Shown here piece after piece: positions 63,628 through 64,000 of a stretch of DNA of 64,000 nt. The DNA lies in assembly GCA_019749875.1 (NCBI GenBank), contig JAIEPK010000091.1, positions 14,398 through 78,397 of the forward strand, read 5' to 3'. The first letter of the stretch is position 1. The number at the start of each line of letters is the position of its first letter. Under the pieces are notes generated by a model. It was not told the DNA's origin. It saw only the letters and a program-made list of their open reading frames with translations, and searched no databases. Made by a program: the position numbers and the translations under genes. This DNA is from Candidatus Binatia bacterium. Its GTDB lineage: Bacteria; Desulfobacterota; Binatia; UBA12015.

Positions 63628-64000
63628 GTGCCAGTAGAGTCTCCGCCCGCGTCGGGCGCGCTGTGGTTCGATAGCTGGATTTCGAGCGCGACGGTCGCAA
63701 GCTACTCGAGCCAGCGAGCCAGCTTCGCCGCGAAGAACCTGCTCAACGGTCTGCGCAGCGACACGTGGCGCACGAGCGATGCGACGTCGGACGCCTACGT
63801 CGTCTTTGACATGGGTCAGCTACGCACGCCAGGCTGCCTGGGCCTCGGCGACGTCAACTTCTCCGCCGGGACGTACATCCGCCTGCACGGGTCAGACGAC
63901 TCGGCGCAGGTGGTAAATCCGGTCTACTGGGACCTGCCGCTCTATCCTCACGACGACATTGGTCGCTTCCTCCGTTGGTACATCGGATCGCCCACCTTTG
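63628..64000 (+). CDS. Distal tail region protein, truncated at the window edge
   Basis: GAGGAG RBS with GTG; SS....AAKNLL.....TWR....YVVFDMG discoidin-like pattern. Confidence 0.65.
   Translation, partial: MPVESPPASGALWFDSWISSATVASYSSQRASFAAKNLLNGLRSDTWRTSDATSDAYVVFDMGQLRTPGCLGLGDVNFSAGTYIRLHGSDDSAQVVNPVYWDLPLYPHDDIGRFLRWYIGSPTF

Larger units (their letters stand above)
17529..64000 (+). mobile_element. Siphovirus-like prophage, continuing beyond the window
   Basis: att fragment followed by replication, terminase, portal, protease, capsid, tail tube, chaperone and tape measure genes in canonical order. Confidence 0.95.

Noticed and set aside
1..64000. CRISPR array, IS element, reverse transcriptase/DGR, integrase, endolysin
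   Set aside because: No regularly spaced repeats or diagnostic motifs were seen. The IstB-like ATPase is in a phage replication context without a transposase.

Overview
High-GC bacterial window in two parts. Bases 1-17,528 are host chromosome: a CheY-type response regulator, gltX with tRNA-Gln(CTG) and tRNA-Glu(CTC), a HIT protein, a bufferin-like MNIO RiPP cluster (Cys-rich precursor, DUF692, DUF2063), a DUF2889-like protein, a peroxiredoxin, a creatininase-family hydrolase, a flippase, a CehA/McbA-type PHP hydrolase and a ycbB/ycbK-like (ldtD/mepK) pair. At 17,529-17,572 the 3' half of a tRNA-Ala(GGC) marks an attachment site. From there to beyond the window end lies a siphovirus-like prophage with replication genes, many small early genes, terminase, a portal-MuF fusion, protease, capsid, accessory genes, and neck, tail and tape measure genes. 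No integrase, repressor or lysin is visible in the window. The strongest finding is a 292-aa Gln-terminated intein in the MuF domain. It has no sense-strand endonuclease but encodes an HTH-HTH + Vsr/DUF559-type nuclease on the opposite strand, whose GTG start and GGAGGT ribosome-binding site lie inside the intein's conserved block F codons. Also notable are signal-peptide-bearing Cys-rich fibre/cement-like proteins in the structural operon, a phage RRM protein and two atypical tRNA-like elements. All family calls come from motif recognition by eye, not database searches.
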